This document shows, one piece after another, positions 10,618 to 23,335 of a stretch of 64,000 nt of DNA (position 1 is the stretch's first letter; each line of letters begins with the position of its first letter). The DNA comes from Octopus sinensis (Eukaryota). The translations under genes were made by a program, and so were the position numbers. The stretch is from positions 49,662,001 through 49,726,000 of the forward strand of contig NC_042998.1 in assembly GCF_006345805.1 (NCBI RefSeq). Reading direction: 5' to 3'. The notes beneath the pieces are model-generated. The model was not told the origin of the DNA and ran no database searches. It saw only the letters and a list, made by a program, of their open reading frames with translations.

Positions 10618-12004
10618 ATGTATTTGTGTGTACAAGTATGTGTATACACACACACACACTTATATACATATACATACACAAGCATACAACATTGTTCATA
10701 TTATCTTCATGGAAGACATCAGTTTGCCCAGCTTTATCATTTTCTTTTCCTCTCATCGGCAGGTGATAGTATCTGGTTTCTTCATAACTGGCATGGAAAA
10801 GAATCTTTGGTATATTGGTAATTCTGCAGCCACCTCCTGAAAGCCATTCCAGTTTTCATTGTTCATAGGAACTTTCTTTCTCTAGCAGATCTGCTTTCCT
10901 GGACAAACAAAGGCAATGAAATCTTTTGCTGGTTTCTTCTGTAGTTTCCTCTGTGACTGTTGATTAGAGCAACTTAGTTTTTTGCAGCATTGAAGAGAAC
11001 CTTAAGAACCGAATTGTGTCCTCAGGTACATGTGTCCAACAGCGAACAGTCGAAAATGTGTTTTGGTGTACTTATTTTCCTGCTCTTTGATAGCTGCCAC
11101 CTCATCAAATTTATAGAAGATTGCAAGATATTGTAGCAAGTCGTTATTACAACACTTGTTGGCAGTTTATAAACATATTTACATATTTATTGCTACCATG
11201 TGGAACTCCTGTATAATCCTATGTATGTGTGTGTGTGTGTGCGCGATAATTCAAACACTTGGAAGGTTTGTAGAAGTAGTTAATGGCTTCCTATCAAGAG
11301 CTTAAATATCAGTGTATTTCAATGTAGCCAGAGAAAGAATGAGGCAGAGAAATGTCATGGGGCTGGCACAAAGGGAATCTCTCTTGAAGTGAAGGATAAA
11401 TTGTACAATAATTCAGTATGTAGTACAATGAATTATAGGCATTAAACGTGAAGGATAAGTGACAGCTGGAAAGAAATAAACTGAGTATGCTTCACTGGGT
11501 GTAAGATATTAGTGTGCATACATAATGAAGCATAAATGTGTTGAGAAAAAGAACCTAGTTTGAAAGGAAAACTTGAGTAAAAAAGATAAAAAGAAACGGG
11601 TAGAGTCCGATTGAAAGAGGTGGAAGGGAGACTACTCTTGTACAGCCATGTAATACTTCTGTAAAATGACATTCGTGTGCTTAAGCGCCAAGTTTGATTC
11701 AGCACACACATTTTCTCTATAAACTTACATTAATGAAAACTCTACACCTGTGTTACCAGCTTTCTGGAGAAACTTAATTAATCATGTACTTCAATATTTT
11801 GATCTAATCATTCTTCGTAATAGTTTTTGTAATAGCATCACAGTTGATAATTCATAATGTATGTGCTGTGTGCTCTAGTTTCATTAGCTACGGATTTTCT
11901 GACCTATTACCATCAAAAGAAATTTGTTCAAATACTCTGTCATGTCAATGTTTTATCTCTTCACATGCTCTAGTTTAAAATTATCAGAATGCAGTTTAAG
12001 AGTC

Positions 12005-12337
12005 ATCTTGCCGCCTCGACTGGCTTCCGTGTCGGTGGCACGTAAAAAGCACCATCCGAATCGTAGCCGAAGCCAGTGCCGCCTTGACTGGCTTCCATAA
12101 AATGCACCAATCCGACCGTGCCCGATGCCAGCCTCGCCTGGCACCAGTGCAGGTGGCACGTAAAAAGCACCCACTACACTCACGGAGTGGTTGGCGTTAG
12201 GAAAGGCATCCAGCTGTAGAAACTTTGCCAGATAAGACCGGAGCCTGGTGCAGCCTTCTGGCTTCCTAGACCCCGGTCGAACCGTCCAACCCATGCTAGC
12301 ATGGAGAACGGACGTTAAACGATGATGATGATGATGA
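12005..12337 (+). mobile_element. RTE 3'-UTR-type short copy
   Basis: Same 3' end and (GAT)n tail. Confidence 0.8.
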
Positions 12338-13136
12338 CTGGTTGATTAGATTTGACAAGAATCCTTAATTATTGTTGAACTCAATAACTAATTCAAATAC
12401 ATATTTTTTATCCTTGTGAACTGTTTGAAATAAATGCTACTTACTTTACCTCATTAGTTTAGCATGTAATATTTAAAGTTCTACAACATAGATAATGTTC
12501 TTAAACACGCATAAAGGAATGATGAGTTTCTCTAACAACTCACATTGGTTTTTCTGTTTTTTTATTACCTCGAAAATTTATTCACACAATAAAACATTTT
12601 AGCAAAGAAATACACCTCTTCTGATTTATCTCTTTGCCAGACTCATATTTACTTACACAAGTTCTTTGATGGGCAAGAGACTTATGTAAAAAGTGTACTC
12701 CACACCTCTACAAAAATATCTAGTATCATTATGAAAACACTGTTTTCCTGTAACATTGATCTTACAAATGTACTGAAATATTTCCCCAACAGTAACTCTC
12801 TTTCAAAATATCATGTCATATCTTTTTAAGCTATTGATTATAACACCCCAGAAGAAACTTAAACAATGATTGCAGTATATATCTCTATCAATTTCAACTG
12901 TAAGCTCTTAGCCAATCACATTACTTTCCAATAATAAAAATAATAATAATGGTTTCAAATTTTTGAGAGGCAAGTCAACTACATCCTCCAGTATTCAACA
13001 GGTGCTTATTTTGTTGACCCCTACTGGAGGAAAAGTAAAGCCAATCTCGGTGGAATTTGAACTCAGAACATAATGACAGACGAAATGCTGCTTAGCATTT
13101 TGCCTGGTATGTTAACAATTCTGCCAGCTTGCCCTC

Positions 13137-13175
<39 letters not shown>

Positions 13176-13384
13176 TTGATGATGATGATGATAATAATAA
13201 TAATACTAATGATAATAATAATAATAATCTCCTCAATACCATAGATTTGCTTGTCAGTTGCTTGACCTTAATCTTGATGAATTTCTCTCTCACTAATAGC
13301 TGATTTCACACTTCATACTCAACCTGGTGAGATGGATGAAGAAACAAACACGTCAACATGAATATGTTTTGATGTGAAAAATTG

Positions 13385-13590
13385 GCCTAAATATTCTTTT
13401 CTACTCTAGGCACAAGGCCTGAAATTTTTGGGGAGGGGGGTCAATCGATTAGATCGACTCTAGTACGCAAATGGTACTTAATTTATCAACCCCGATAGCA
13501 TGAATGACAAAGTCAACCTTGGCAGAATTTGATCTCAGAACGTAAAGCATTTCGCCCAGTATGCTAATGTTTCTGCCAGCTCACTGCCTT
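13385..13590 (-). mobile_element. Meta-domain-like tRNA SINE
   Basis: Reverse complement of the GCCTTTCATCCTTTCGGGGTCGATAAATTAAGTACC core, which resembles the MetaSINE domain as I recall it. Confidence 0.65.
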
Positions 13591-14590
13591 CTAATGATTG
13601 AATTTCTGATGAAAATCTCCTGCACCTGTTGTATACATCGTTCATATAAAATTTATTTGGTGCTACTTTGGCATGTGATCTACAACCTAAAGGGCAATTA
13701 CTTCAGGTTACATTTTAGTTTACTTTTCAATTTCTAAAAGGACTGAACCCAGAACCATGTGGTTGGTAAGCAAGCTACTTACCACACAGTCACTCTACTT
13801 AATGAAAAAATATCTCTTTCTTTTTTTTCGTTTGAATGTTTAAAATAATGGTAAAAGTTTTCAAATATATTTAATCACACGCATTTATATTGATAACGTT
13901 AATGTGCTGAGGAAATGAAATAGAATTTTGGTAATTTATAATATTAGTATTTAAAGTGATTGGGTGTTCTTCTGCATTTCGTATCTGTAATTTTTTTCCT
14001 TACTCAATTGGAAAAGGTTTTGCTAGGGTAGATTGCTAGAAATAATCTCAAATTCTTGTATTTAATTTTCTGATTATCAACAGAACGACTCTCCCCAGAC
14101 ACAATAAAAGAATGAAAAATGTTTATTTTATAATTCATACCACACTCTCATCCCAATATAAACTCGTTATTCTAGAATTGTGATACTTCTGTGTTTCCAT
14201 ATTTGAATTCCGGAAATATTCTGCATTATGAACAATTAAGCAGCAAATAAATTCTATCCTTCTTTTTGGATGAGTTTCTTTGTCAAAATCATATTTATTT
14301 ATATGAATTCCAATTTTTCCGTAACAGATAAGAAACTTATATCTAAATGTATTCCTCCACCCCCAAGTCCCGTATGTTATGGAAGCCCATTTTTCCCGTG
14401 TAACACTGTTTTTCTATAGTGCACGGAAATTTTTACAAATGAAATGAATTATTTCCACCCGAGTAACCTTTAACATTGCAGTATAATATTAAAAAAATAG
14501 TAAATCAAAGAAGAGAATATGAAAACATGCAAAATATTTAATCATATAGTTAATTGCATAATGTAAATTCATCTCAAGTCACCGTTCTTT

Positions 14591-14600
14591 GTCACGTGAC
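14591..14600. promoter_or_regulatory. Perfect 10-bp E-box/CLEAR palindrome GTCACGTGAC
   Basis: Exact match about 210 bp upstream of the MOSMO ATG, inside a locally CpG-retaining zone. Confidence 0.55.
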
Positions 14601-14811
14601 CCGATGTTGACAATCAGACGATGCAAGAAATGTAGTTGTAGTTAATTTTTTTTCTTAAATGAGCCTGTTTAATGACATTTATAAAACGGGCAAACAGTAT
14701 TTTTTTTCATCCAGAAATAAAATCAAACAAAAAGTACTGATAATAAGGCGAAGGCTTTTCAAAAGTCCCCCTTGAAGATTCGCTGATTTGAAAAAATAAC
14801 AGCCTAAGAAT

Positions 14812-14914
14812 ATGGATAAGCTGAGCATAATTTCGATGGCATTCTTTTTCGCAGCAGATCTTTTAGCAGTAGCCAGCATTACAATGCCAAACTGGATAGT
14901 GTCAGAAATAGGAG
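14812..14914 (+). CDS. MOSMO: MOSMO (modulator of smoothened / C16orf52 / Atthog) orthologue, coding exon 1
   Basis: ATG at 14812 translates to MDKLSIISMAFFFAADLLAVASITMPNWIVSEIG, matching the MOSMO N-terminus as I recall it (MDKLTIISGCLFLAADIFAIASIANPDW); GTAAGT donor at 14915, phase 1. Confidence 0.93.
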
Positions 14915-15240
14915 GTAAGTCATATATATAAATGTTGATAGTATTTTCAAAAAAATCACATACGATGTAATTTGACTTATTATATACTCATTCGAAACCT
15001 GCAAAATATTATTGTATATTATTGTTAATTGCATGGCGATTTACGATTTGATTATGAAACCTTTTCGTGTATCAACGAAATAATAGTAGTGAATCCTGCA
15101 CATTTATGAACCTAAAATTCAAGATCGTAAGATTATATATATATGTATATTTATTTGGCAATATTATGATTTGTAGTATTTATCTGTTATTGACAACTGT
15201 GTGTGTGTGTGTATACAGCGCTGTTGAAATCAATTAATTC

Positions 15241-15283
<43 letters not shown>

Positions 15284-15367
15284 TACATACATATATCTAT
15301 ATATTTGGCAATATTATGATTTGTAGTACTTATCCATTATTGATAACTCTGTGTGTGTGTGTGTATG

Positions 15368-15398
<31 letters not shown>

Positions 15399-16254
15399 TA
15401 TACACACACACATATATATGATTTAACTCATTTCGACAGCGCTTTTAGTTTAAATTATTAGATTAAATCCTTTAATTTTACATAATTTTGCTTTAATTCG
15501 GTGATTAAAGTTAATTTGTCTGTAAAAATATAAATTTTTTGAAGTGTCTGTCTTCATCAGTTGACACATTTTGTGTATAAATTTCCCATCTTTATCATAA
15601 AACGGACTCAGAACCTGCAATTCTTCTCCAGAAAGAGGTTTTACTTCATTATCCTTGTTACCTTGTGGATTTGTACGGATAAAATATGCCTACTACTTTA
15701 AGAATCCCTCAGAACTATTTTTTTGTTTATTTTTCGTTCAATTCCAATGAATTTTGTAGCGAAGCATATTGTATGTATTTGTTATGTGAAACTAGAATTC
15801 TCTTCCTGCTCAATCTAAGTTTTGCATGACATTTCTGATCATGATGATCAAGGCATCATTGAACAGAAGTGGGGTACCTATTTTTTTAACTGTTAGTTGG
15901 GTAACAGAGAAATCAGCACCCATGCATTTCTTTTTTGAAGGCTTTCCCAGATTGGTGAGATCCATATGGCTGATGCAAAGATCGAACATCAGCAACGTCT
16001 ACTGGAAAAGTGTTGGCTGGGAGATGAAAGCTTGCCATAGAGGAAAACCTGCTAAAGATATATAAGGACCTAGTGATAGTTTTAAACCAGGTGGCACTTT
16101 ACCAAAGAGGTGGTAGGGCAGTGAAATAGCAGAATCGTTGGCATGTTGGTCAAAATGCATAGTGACATTTCTTCCATCTCTACATTCCAAGTTCAAATTA
16201 GACTGGAGTGGACTTTGCCTTTCATTCTTTTGTTGTTGACGAAACAAGTACTTA

Positions 16255-16475
16255 TCTGTGCAGGTGCATTATAAGAAAACTCTTGTACCAGTGCCACGTA
16301 AAAGTGCTTGTGCCAGCATACACTGTAAAGTGGTTAGCATTAAGAAGGGCATCCAGCTGTGGAAACCATGCCAAATCAGACTGGAACCTGGTGCAACTCT
16401 TTGACTTGCCAGCTTTTGTCAAACCGTCCAACTCATGCCAACATAGAAAATGGATGTAAAATGATGATAATGATG
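16255..16475 (+). mobile_element. Decayed RTE 3'-UTR-type copy in MOSMO intron 1
   Basis: AAGGGCATCCAGCTGT...CCGTCCAACTCATGCC..ATGATGATAATGATG. Confidence 0.7.
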
Positions 16476-17349
16476 AGCAGTGGAGCAGTGTAATTGACTT
16501 GCTCTGATCCCTAAAAATTTTCAAGTCTTTCAGTAGAAAGGATTATTTGAAATTATTGAATGGAACATGGTTATGAGTGGGAATGTGGTGGAATGGGTTG
16601 ACTATCATAGCTCCAATTATGGGTTCATATGCTAGTTGCTATCTTTGTTCATGAGGTGGTGCAGGAATTCAAGATAACATTGTACACAAATGACTGGCAC
16701 AGTTATATCATAATCAAGTGATTCAAGATTAAAGGAGACTGCATTGTTGAAAGGCAATTACAAAAACCTGAATCTAATGCACCAACTCTTAACTGTTGTT
16801 GAGTGAGTTACCAAAGATAATATTAGCTTGGATTTGTGTGAGATCAGGGCACCACATATTCTATATTTCAGGTGATGCAATCTGTAAGAGCTGGTCATAT
16901 CTGAAATTAAAACACTCTACTTTAGAGTTGCATTAAGGTCTCTGACACAGACCAGTCTCTGTAGTTCTGGTGGAGGCTAATGAAACTAGGTGTGGCTGAA
17001 TGATATGGAAGTGTCATGTGTAGCATGTATAAGGGCACTAGTTGCAAGATGGTGTCCACTAGAGTCCTATTCACAAACTCTTTTTATTCATTTTAATTCT
17101 TGAGGTTATAACATAAGAAACCAGCTTTTATATGCTGATGGCTTAGTTCTCATAGAATCTGTCAAAGAGTTGCAGAAAAAGGAAAATCGGAAGTATTTTC
17201 TTAAGTTCAAAGTTTGTAATAACATAGCATAACAACTTTGAGCCATGTGAATGACCTAGTTTGATGTATAGGAAAACATGTTGGTAGGAACTCAGTACTG
17301 TGTATGCATTGCTAGGAATCAATACACAAAAGGTTGCAGTGGGACAGAC

Positions 17350-17537
17350 CTCAGATAGCCAGAAGCAGGGTTTCAGATGGGATGGATGCATCTCAGATAG
17401 ACAGAAGCAGGATTTTAGATGAGATGGATGCACTTCCGATGGGATGGATGCACCTCAGATTGACAGAAACAGGATTGCAGATGGGATGGATGCACCTCAG
17501 ATAGACAAAGCCAGGGTTGCAGATGAGATGGATGCAC
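17350..17537. repeat. ~42-bp minisatellite, about 4.5 copies, in MOSMO intron 1
   Basis: CTCAGATAGACAGAAGCAGGGTTTCAGATGGGATGGATGCAC-like units. Confidence 0.8.
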
Positions 17538-18876
17538 TGCTGTAGTTAGCAACAAAAGTACCCATGAAGTAAAGTTTAAGAACTACGCATATGACTCACT
17601 AGACTTGGCTGATAGTTTATGCTATCTGCAATGTAATTATTGTTGGAGGGGGCTGCAGGGAAAGCATTGTTGTTAGAGTAGGAAAGGATAAAGAAATTCA
17701 AAGAGCTTTGGCAATCTCTTTTGGTAACAAAATATTTTCATTTCTCCTTTAAAAATCAGACAGAATGAAGCATGCGTACAAATTGTGATGCTGCATGGTA
17801 GTGGAACATAACATTAAATGTGAAAAATCTACAAAAGTGGGAGAGAAATATGAGCTGAGTATGCTCCATTAGATGCATAATGGTGAAAGCTAATGAAACT
17901 AGTTGCAGCTGAATCATATGGAAGAAAGACTTAGCACAAGTGAACTGAAAGTATCTGGGCTGATGTATGCAGGAAAGGGCAACTTCATTAATATGAAAGG
18001 ATAATGCATGCTTGGTAAAAAAAAAGTGTGATATAATAAGGGTATTCTAGTGAAAAACTGAAAAAGACATGAGCAGAAATGATGGTATTAAAATTCAGGA
18101 TACTGTCCCCACCCCATTACCAGAAGAGATGAAAAAATACTGAGAAGATTGGTGATATACTCCATAGCAGACCTTTCCAATCCATACCAGTATGAAAACC
18201 AGACCTTAAATATTGTTGAGGATGATAAGAGGCAGAGTTGTTTTCAGACTCTTGAGTTGCTTTTAACAATGAATAGAATGAAAGCAGAAATAGCAGTCTT
18301 GCTGTAGAGCTAAGTGCTACAGCCATTGCAAATATTGTTTTATTGTTTGGTGGTCAGTAATGAGGCAGGAACTGATGCTGCAAGACATCTCAACTGATGC
18401 TCTAACAATTCTGCCAATCTTCCTCATTGGACTAGTGCAACAGCTTCAAGTAATTTTCTGTTATTTTGCAGTCTGCTGACCAAACGTTAGCACAACTTTC
18501 ACTAGTCTGTTCTTGGATATATTAAATTGATGTGACCCATGTTTGGAAACAGCAGAAAAACCCAAGATAGACAATACTAGCACCTTAAATTGGTTTTCTC
18601 ATTTTTAAGATAAATCATTACTAGTTTGAGTAATGAAATGGACTATTCTTTTGTGTTTTATTTACAATGACCTAATATGGAATATTTAACCAAGGCACTT
18701 TGTTTAAGCCAAAGATTTCTGATTCTCTTTGTAAATTTGAAGAATTGCATTAGGTCTGTGGCTCATCTCTATTACCTCAGTGGATACTCTTGTCACAGGT
18801 TTATTTAATATCAATTTACATTTGAAATTTATAATTTATATCTGTAATAATTAGGTATTTTTAAATTCATTTTTAG

Positions 18877-19092
18877 GTGCAACATCTATTGGGTTACTGA
18901 AAACCTGTCTTACAATATATGAAAGACCAACCGTATGTTACAATCCAGAACCTGCTCGTGCTGAATGGTTCATTACTTTCATTTGCATAGTACTTGGAAT
19001 TGGTTCTATATCATCTACTATTTTACTCCTTTGGTTTTCTTTCTGGCACTATAGAGCAATAAGATTTGCTCGTTGGCTTGGTTTCGTTGCAA
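18877..19092 (+). CDS. MOSMO: MOSMO coding exon 2
   Basis: TTTTAG acceptor and GTAAGT donor; 216 nt, phase 1-1; GATSIGLLKTCLTIYERPTVCYNPEPARAEWFITFICIVLGIGSISSTILLLWFSFWHYRAIRFARWLGFVA contains the claudin-like GL..C...C motif and transmembrane helices. Confidence 0.93.
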
Positions 19093-19443
19093 GTAAGTAT
19101 TAAAACCATTTTGTCTTTACTAATTAAACATTGAAAATTCTAAATGTTTTTATATTCATGTTTATATCTTAATCTTAAGGACATTATAGTATTGTTTCAC
19201 AAATTCATATCTTTTAGGAAATTCTTGATTATTTTTGAAATTAATTGAAACTCAATATGATGATAATATAGATGATAAATACTTACAAAAGGTTTAGAAT
19301 AAATCATTGCTGAGGAAGTTAAATTATCAGAATTTAAGTATATTTTATATGTGCTTGTACATTTTTTTTGTTTCATTCTTTCAATTTTAGCATTACTAAT
19401 ACTGATGTTTTATATTTCTTTTTTTTTTCTTCTTTTTAATTAG

Positions 19444-19631
19444 TGATATTATTTTGTATGGCTGCTGTCATTTTCCCGATTGGCTTTAACATGGACCAGA
19501 TTGGTGGATTACCATATCAACTGCCACACAACTTTCAAGTTGGAATCTCTTACATTTTTTTCGTTCTTGCATTGTGGATCACTGTTGTCTCAGAACTCTT
19601 TGTTGGGAAAGTATGCGTACCACATTTGTAA
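19444..19631 (+). CDS. MOSMO: MOSMO coding exon 3 (terminal)
   Basis: Long pyrimidine tract plus TAG acceptor; MILFCMAAVIFPIGFNMDQIGGLPYQLPHNFQVGISYIFFVLALWITVVSELFVGKVCVPHL* resembles the MOSMO C-terminus; spliced CDS is 507 nt = 168 aa plus stop. Confidence 0.94.
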
Positions 19632-19692
19632 ACAAAAATCTCTATAATTATCTCATTCACCATAAAATTGTCTTTCATTTTCGAAAAGCTGA

Positions 19693-19776
19693 AATAAACT
19701 GTTTCGACTATAGAATAAACAACTATTGGATCTGATTTGTCATTTCAGCATGTATTTGTCTGGAGTACACAATAAA
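19693..19776 (+). terminator. Candidate polyadenylation signals for MOSMO
   Basis: Three AATAAA hexamers (about 19693, 19713, 19771) 60-145 nt after the stop; AT-rich background makes chance hits likely. Confidence 0.35.
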
Positions 19777-19874
19777 TATTCCTGTACTATTTCCTATTAT
19801 ATCATTGATAATTTAAATACTTTTATCCTTATTTATCACCACAATAATTTCTTTCTTTTTACTATAGGCACAAG

Positions 19875-20533
19875 GGATCTTTTCCTTTTGAACGGCAGTT
19901 TTCAACACAATTTCTAGTTAACTAAACACTTTTAAACTTCGTATACTGGTAGAATGTGTCAAAATAAAACATTTTTTTCTCTTGGCTTTCTTGAGAAAAT
20001 TGTAATTTGTAAGTTTAACGTAGTTTAATTTTGCTGCATCTAAAACAGACAACATCCTGTCACTAACCCTAACCCTAAATTTTAGCCTTTCGTTTTTTTT
20101 TTCTTAATTGTTAAATTAATTTAAGGATAACAATTAAGAAAAAAAAAAACGAAAGGCTAAAACGAAAGCAAAAACTCAAAACAAAAACAAAACGAATAAT
20201 TTTAGACACACACGTAACAATTAAATTAATTTAACAATTAAGAAAAAAAAAAAACCGAAAGGCTAACATTTAGGGTTAGGGTGAGGGTTAGGGTTAGTGA
20301 CAGGATGTTGTCTCAGTTTTAGATGCAGCAAATGATTTTAGCTCAATAGAGGGCATAGGATTGGTTAAAATTCGAAAAATTAAACTACGTTAAACTTACA
20401 AATTACAATTTTCTCTAGAACGCCAAGAGAAAAAAATGTTTTATTTTGACACATTCTACCAGTATACGAAGTTTAAAAGTGTTTAGTTAACTAGAAATTG
20501 TGTTAAAAACTGCCGTTCAAAAGGAAAAGATCC
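19875..20533. mobile_element. 659-bp nested fold-back MITE with 8-bp TSD and internal telomere-like repeats
   Basis: Ends GGATCTTTTCC...GGAAAAGATCC; outer arms ~155 bp; TSD GGCACAAG (19867-74) / GGTACAAG (20534-41); TAACCC/GGGTTA repeats in the inner arms. Confidence 0.85.
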
Positions 20534-22055
20534 GGTACAAGGCCTGAAATTTTAAGGAAGGGGTCCAGTCAATTACATTGACTCCAGTGCTCAATTGTTA
20601 TTTATTTTATTGACCCTGAAAGGATGAAGGCAAAGTTGACCTTAGAGGAATTAGAACTGAGAATGTAACACTGGATGAAATGTCACTAAGCATTTTATCT
20701 GGTGTGCTAAAGATTCTGCCAGTTTGCCATTTTATTTATTACCATAATAATCCTTCCCCAACCGGAAATTTTGGTGAAGGGGTTCTAGTTGATTACATTG
20801 ACCACAGTGTTCAACTGGTATTTATTTTATTGACCTCAAAGAATGCAAGGCAAAGTCGATCTTAGTGGAATTTGAACTCGGAACATAAAGATGGATGAAA
20901 TACTGCTAAGCATTTTGCTTCTTGTGCTAATGATTCTGTCATCTTGCCACCTTATTTATTACCATAATAATGGAGTGTATAAGCAAAATGAACCCTTTAA
21001 CTTGTCTAAGGGAGTAATAATTTCAACTAAGAACTCACTTGGATAAGAATGGCCCAGCCAGCAAAAATTGATGATAGTCATAGCTGATTTAGATACAAAA
21101 CTGACAATTTTGAGTGGAGAAAGTTAGTCAATGCCTGTGATTGACTGGTACTTTATTTTATCAACCCTGAAAAGACAAAAGGCAAAGTTGACCCTGGTGG
21201 GATTTGAACTCAAAACATAAAGAGCCACAACAAATACCATAAAGCATTTTCACTTTTTTAACACTCTAATGATTTCACCACCTTATTGCCTTGTTGCCGA
21301 CAATTTTTGAGGGGTTGGGGAGTTGTTGACACCATCTACCCCAGTACATGACTGGTACTTTATTTTATCAACCATGGAGAGAAGAAAGACAAAGTTGATC
21401 TTGGAAGGATTTGAACTCAGGATGTAAGCAGTCAGAAGAAATACTAGAAGGCATTTTGTCTGGTGCTTAATAATTCTTTCAGCTTCCCATTGGTAAAAGG
21501 CCAATAATTTTGGAGAAGGGGCAAGTTGACTACATTGACCCTAGTGCATAGCTGGTACTTATTTTATTGACCCTGAAAGGATAAAAGGCAAAGTTGACCT
21601 CAGCAGAATTTGCTGCTAAGCATTTTGCTTGGCATGCTAACTATTCTATTAGCTTGTTACCTTCATCCTGCCTTTAAAGATCCTTTCTACTAAAGGCACA
21701 AGGCCTGAAATTTTTTGGGGAGGGGACTAGTCGATTACATTGACCCCAGTGTTTCACTGGTACTTAATTTATCGACCCTGAAAGGATGACAGGCAAAGTT
21801 GATCATGGCGGAATTTGACCTTAGAAGTTCCCTCCTTTATAATAATAATTCTTTCTATTATATGCACAAAACCTGGAATTTTGGAGCAGGGGACTAGTTG
21901 ATTACATCAACCCCAGTGTTCAACTGGTACATATTCTATTGACTCCAAAAGGATAAAAGCAAAGTTGACATTGGTGATGTTTAAACTCAGAATGTAAAAC
22001 CAGAATAAATGCTGTTAAAGATTTTGTCCAAAGTGCTAATGAACCCTCTGGCTGA
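20534..22055 (-). mobile_element. Cluster of at least six decayed Meta-domain-like SINE copies, same orientation
   Basis: Recurrent GACCCTGAAAGGATGAAGGCAAAGTTGACC..GAATTTGAACTCAG blocks. Confidence 0.75.
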
Positions 22056-22063
22056 CTGCCTTC

Positions 22064-22098
<35 letters not shown>

Positions 22099-22104
<6 letters not shown>

Positions 22105-22363
22105 GAGCACTCAGAGAGTGCAAACCCCTCTGCCAGGGCAATACCAACATCCTCTCAACAATTAGCCAGAGATGATTTTTAAAATGAGAATATCTGAAAT
22201 AGAATTGACTGCTCTCACAAACGAGAATACTAAAAATGAACCCGACCACTCTTAAAAATTAAGTAAAAAATAATCCAAAATCCTTGTCCGGTACCAGATG
22301 GATCCCAAAATCTAATCAGTTTGTGCCAGTCACGAGGCCAAACATCCCTGGTGTATATACACA

Positions 22364-22411
<48 letters not shown>

Positions 22412-22470
22412 TGCAGACAAACACACACACACACACACAGTCAATGATTTTAGCTCATTCCCAGTCATAT
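22099..22470 (+). mobile_element. Possible Helentron-associated (HINE-like) non-autonomous element
   Basis: Starts AACAAGAGCACTCAGAGAGTGC (short hairpin), has CAAAATCTAATCAG and an (AC)n tract near the end; family assignment is by resemblance only. Confidence 0.35.
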
Positions 22471-23169
22471 TTCCTTTGGAATACACATCCTTTGTTCTGA
22501 TTGATTTTGAAAATAATGAAGAATTTAGTAAAAATTTTAGGAAAATAAAAATAAGAAATAAGTGGAAATTTTACTAGTGAGTGTGTTACATTATAAGGCA
22601 CATAAAGAAAATGACCTTCCCCAGACACAACTGAATATGCTTCAACACACGAACTCATATTTAGAATCTTGCAAACCAAATCCCAAAACTTTATCATCAT
22701 TCAGCTGGTATTGGGCCATTGATCAACTTGAAATTTTGATGGAGGGCTTTGATTTTGATCAATTTATATAAAGCTGGAAGTTTATATCACAAAATCCAGT
22801 ATGTTCTTAGGCTTTGATAATATCCTAAAATAGATTCTTAGTAAAATAATTCCTTGTAATAATATTGCTTCAATTTTTTTTTAAGGAATAGGTATAAATT
22901 CCAATGTGATCTATAGGTATACAAGAAGTTTTGTGCAGTCAAAAGTAGGCTAACTGTGAATAAATATTTTGTTTGAGGCTGGAGTGTTAAATTAGTTAAA
23001 AGTCAGAGCACCAGTAAAATAAAGTCTTTGTGATGCTTAGAAGAATCTATAGAAGTAGTTGATGGCTTATGTTACCTAGGCAATTAAATTGGCAGTGGAG
23101 GCGATGTTCTGAAAACATTGTAGTCAGAACAAGCAAAAGATGGACAAAGTTCTGGAAACTATTACCTCT

Positions 23170-23335
23170 ACTGACAACAGGACTCTGCCTCCGAACGGAG
23201 AATACGTTGTACAATGCTTATATATGAACTGTAATGCTGTATGTTAGCGGGATGTGGGTACTGAATGCAGCAGAAGTGAAAAGGTTGGAGAGCGATGAAG
23301 CTATCATGATCCAATGGATGTGTAATGTTTGTGTG
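23170..23335 (+). mobile_element. Decayed RTE RT C-terminal fragment
   Basis: Degenerate translation similar to RLYDACVRTAMLHGSETWA..LRWMCNV of the 8874-10280 ORF. Confidence 0.55.

Noticed and set aside
20061-20300. Telomere or interstitial telomeric site
   Set aside because: Only 2-4 TTAGGG-like units, located symmetrically inside the MITE arms
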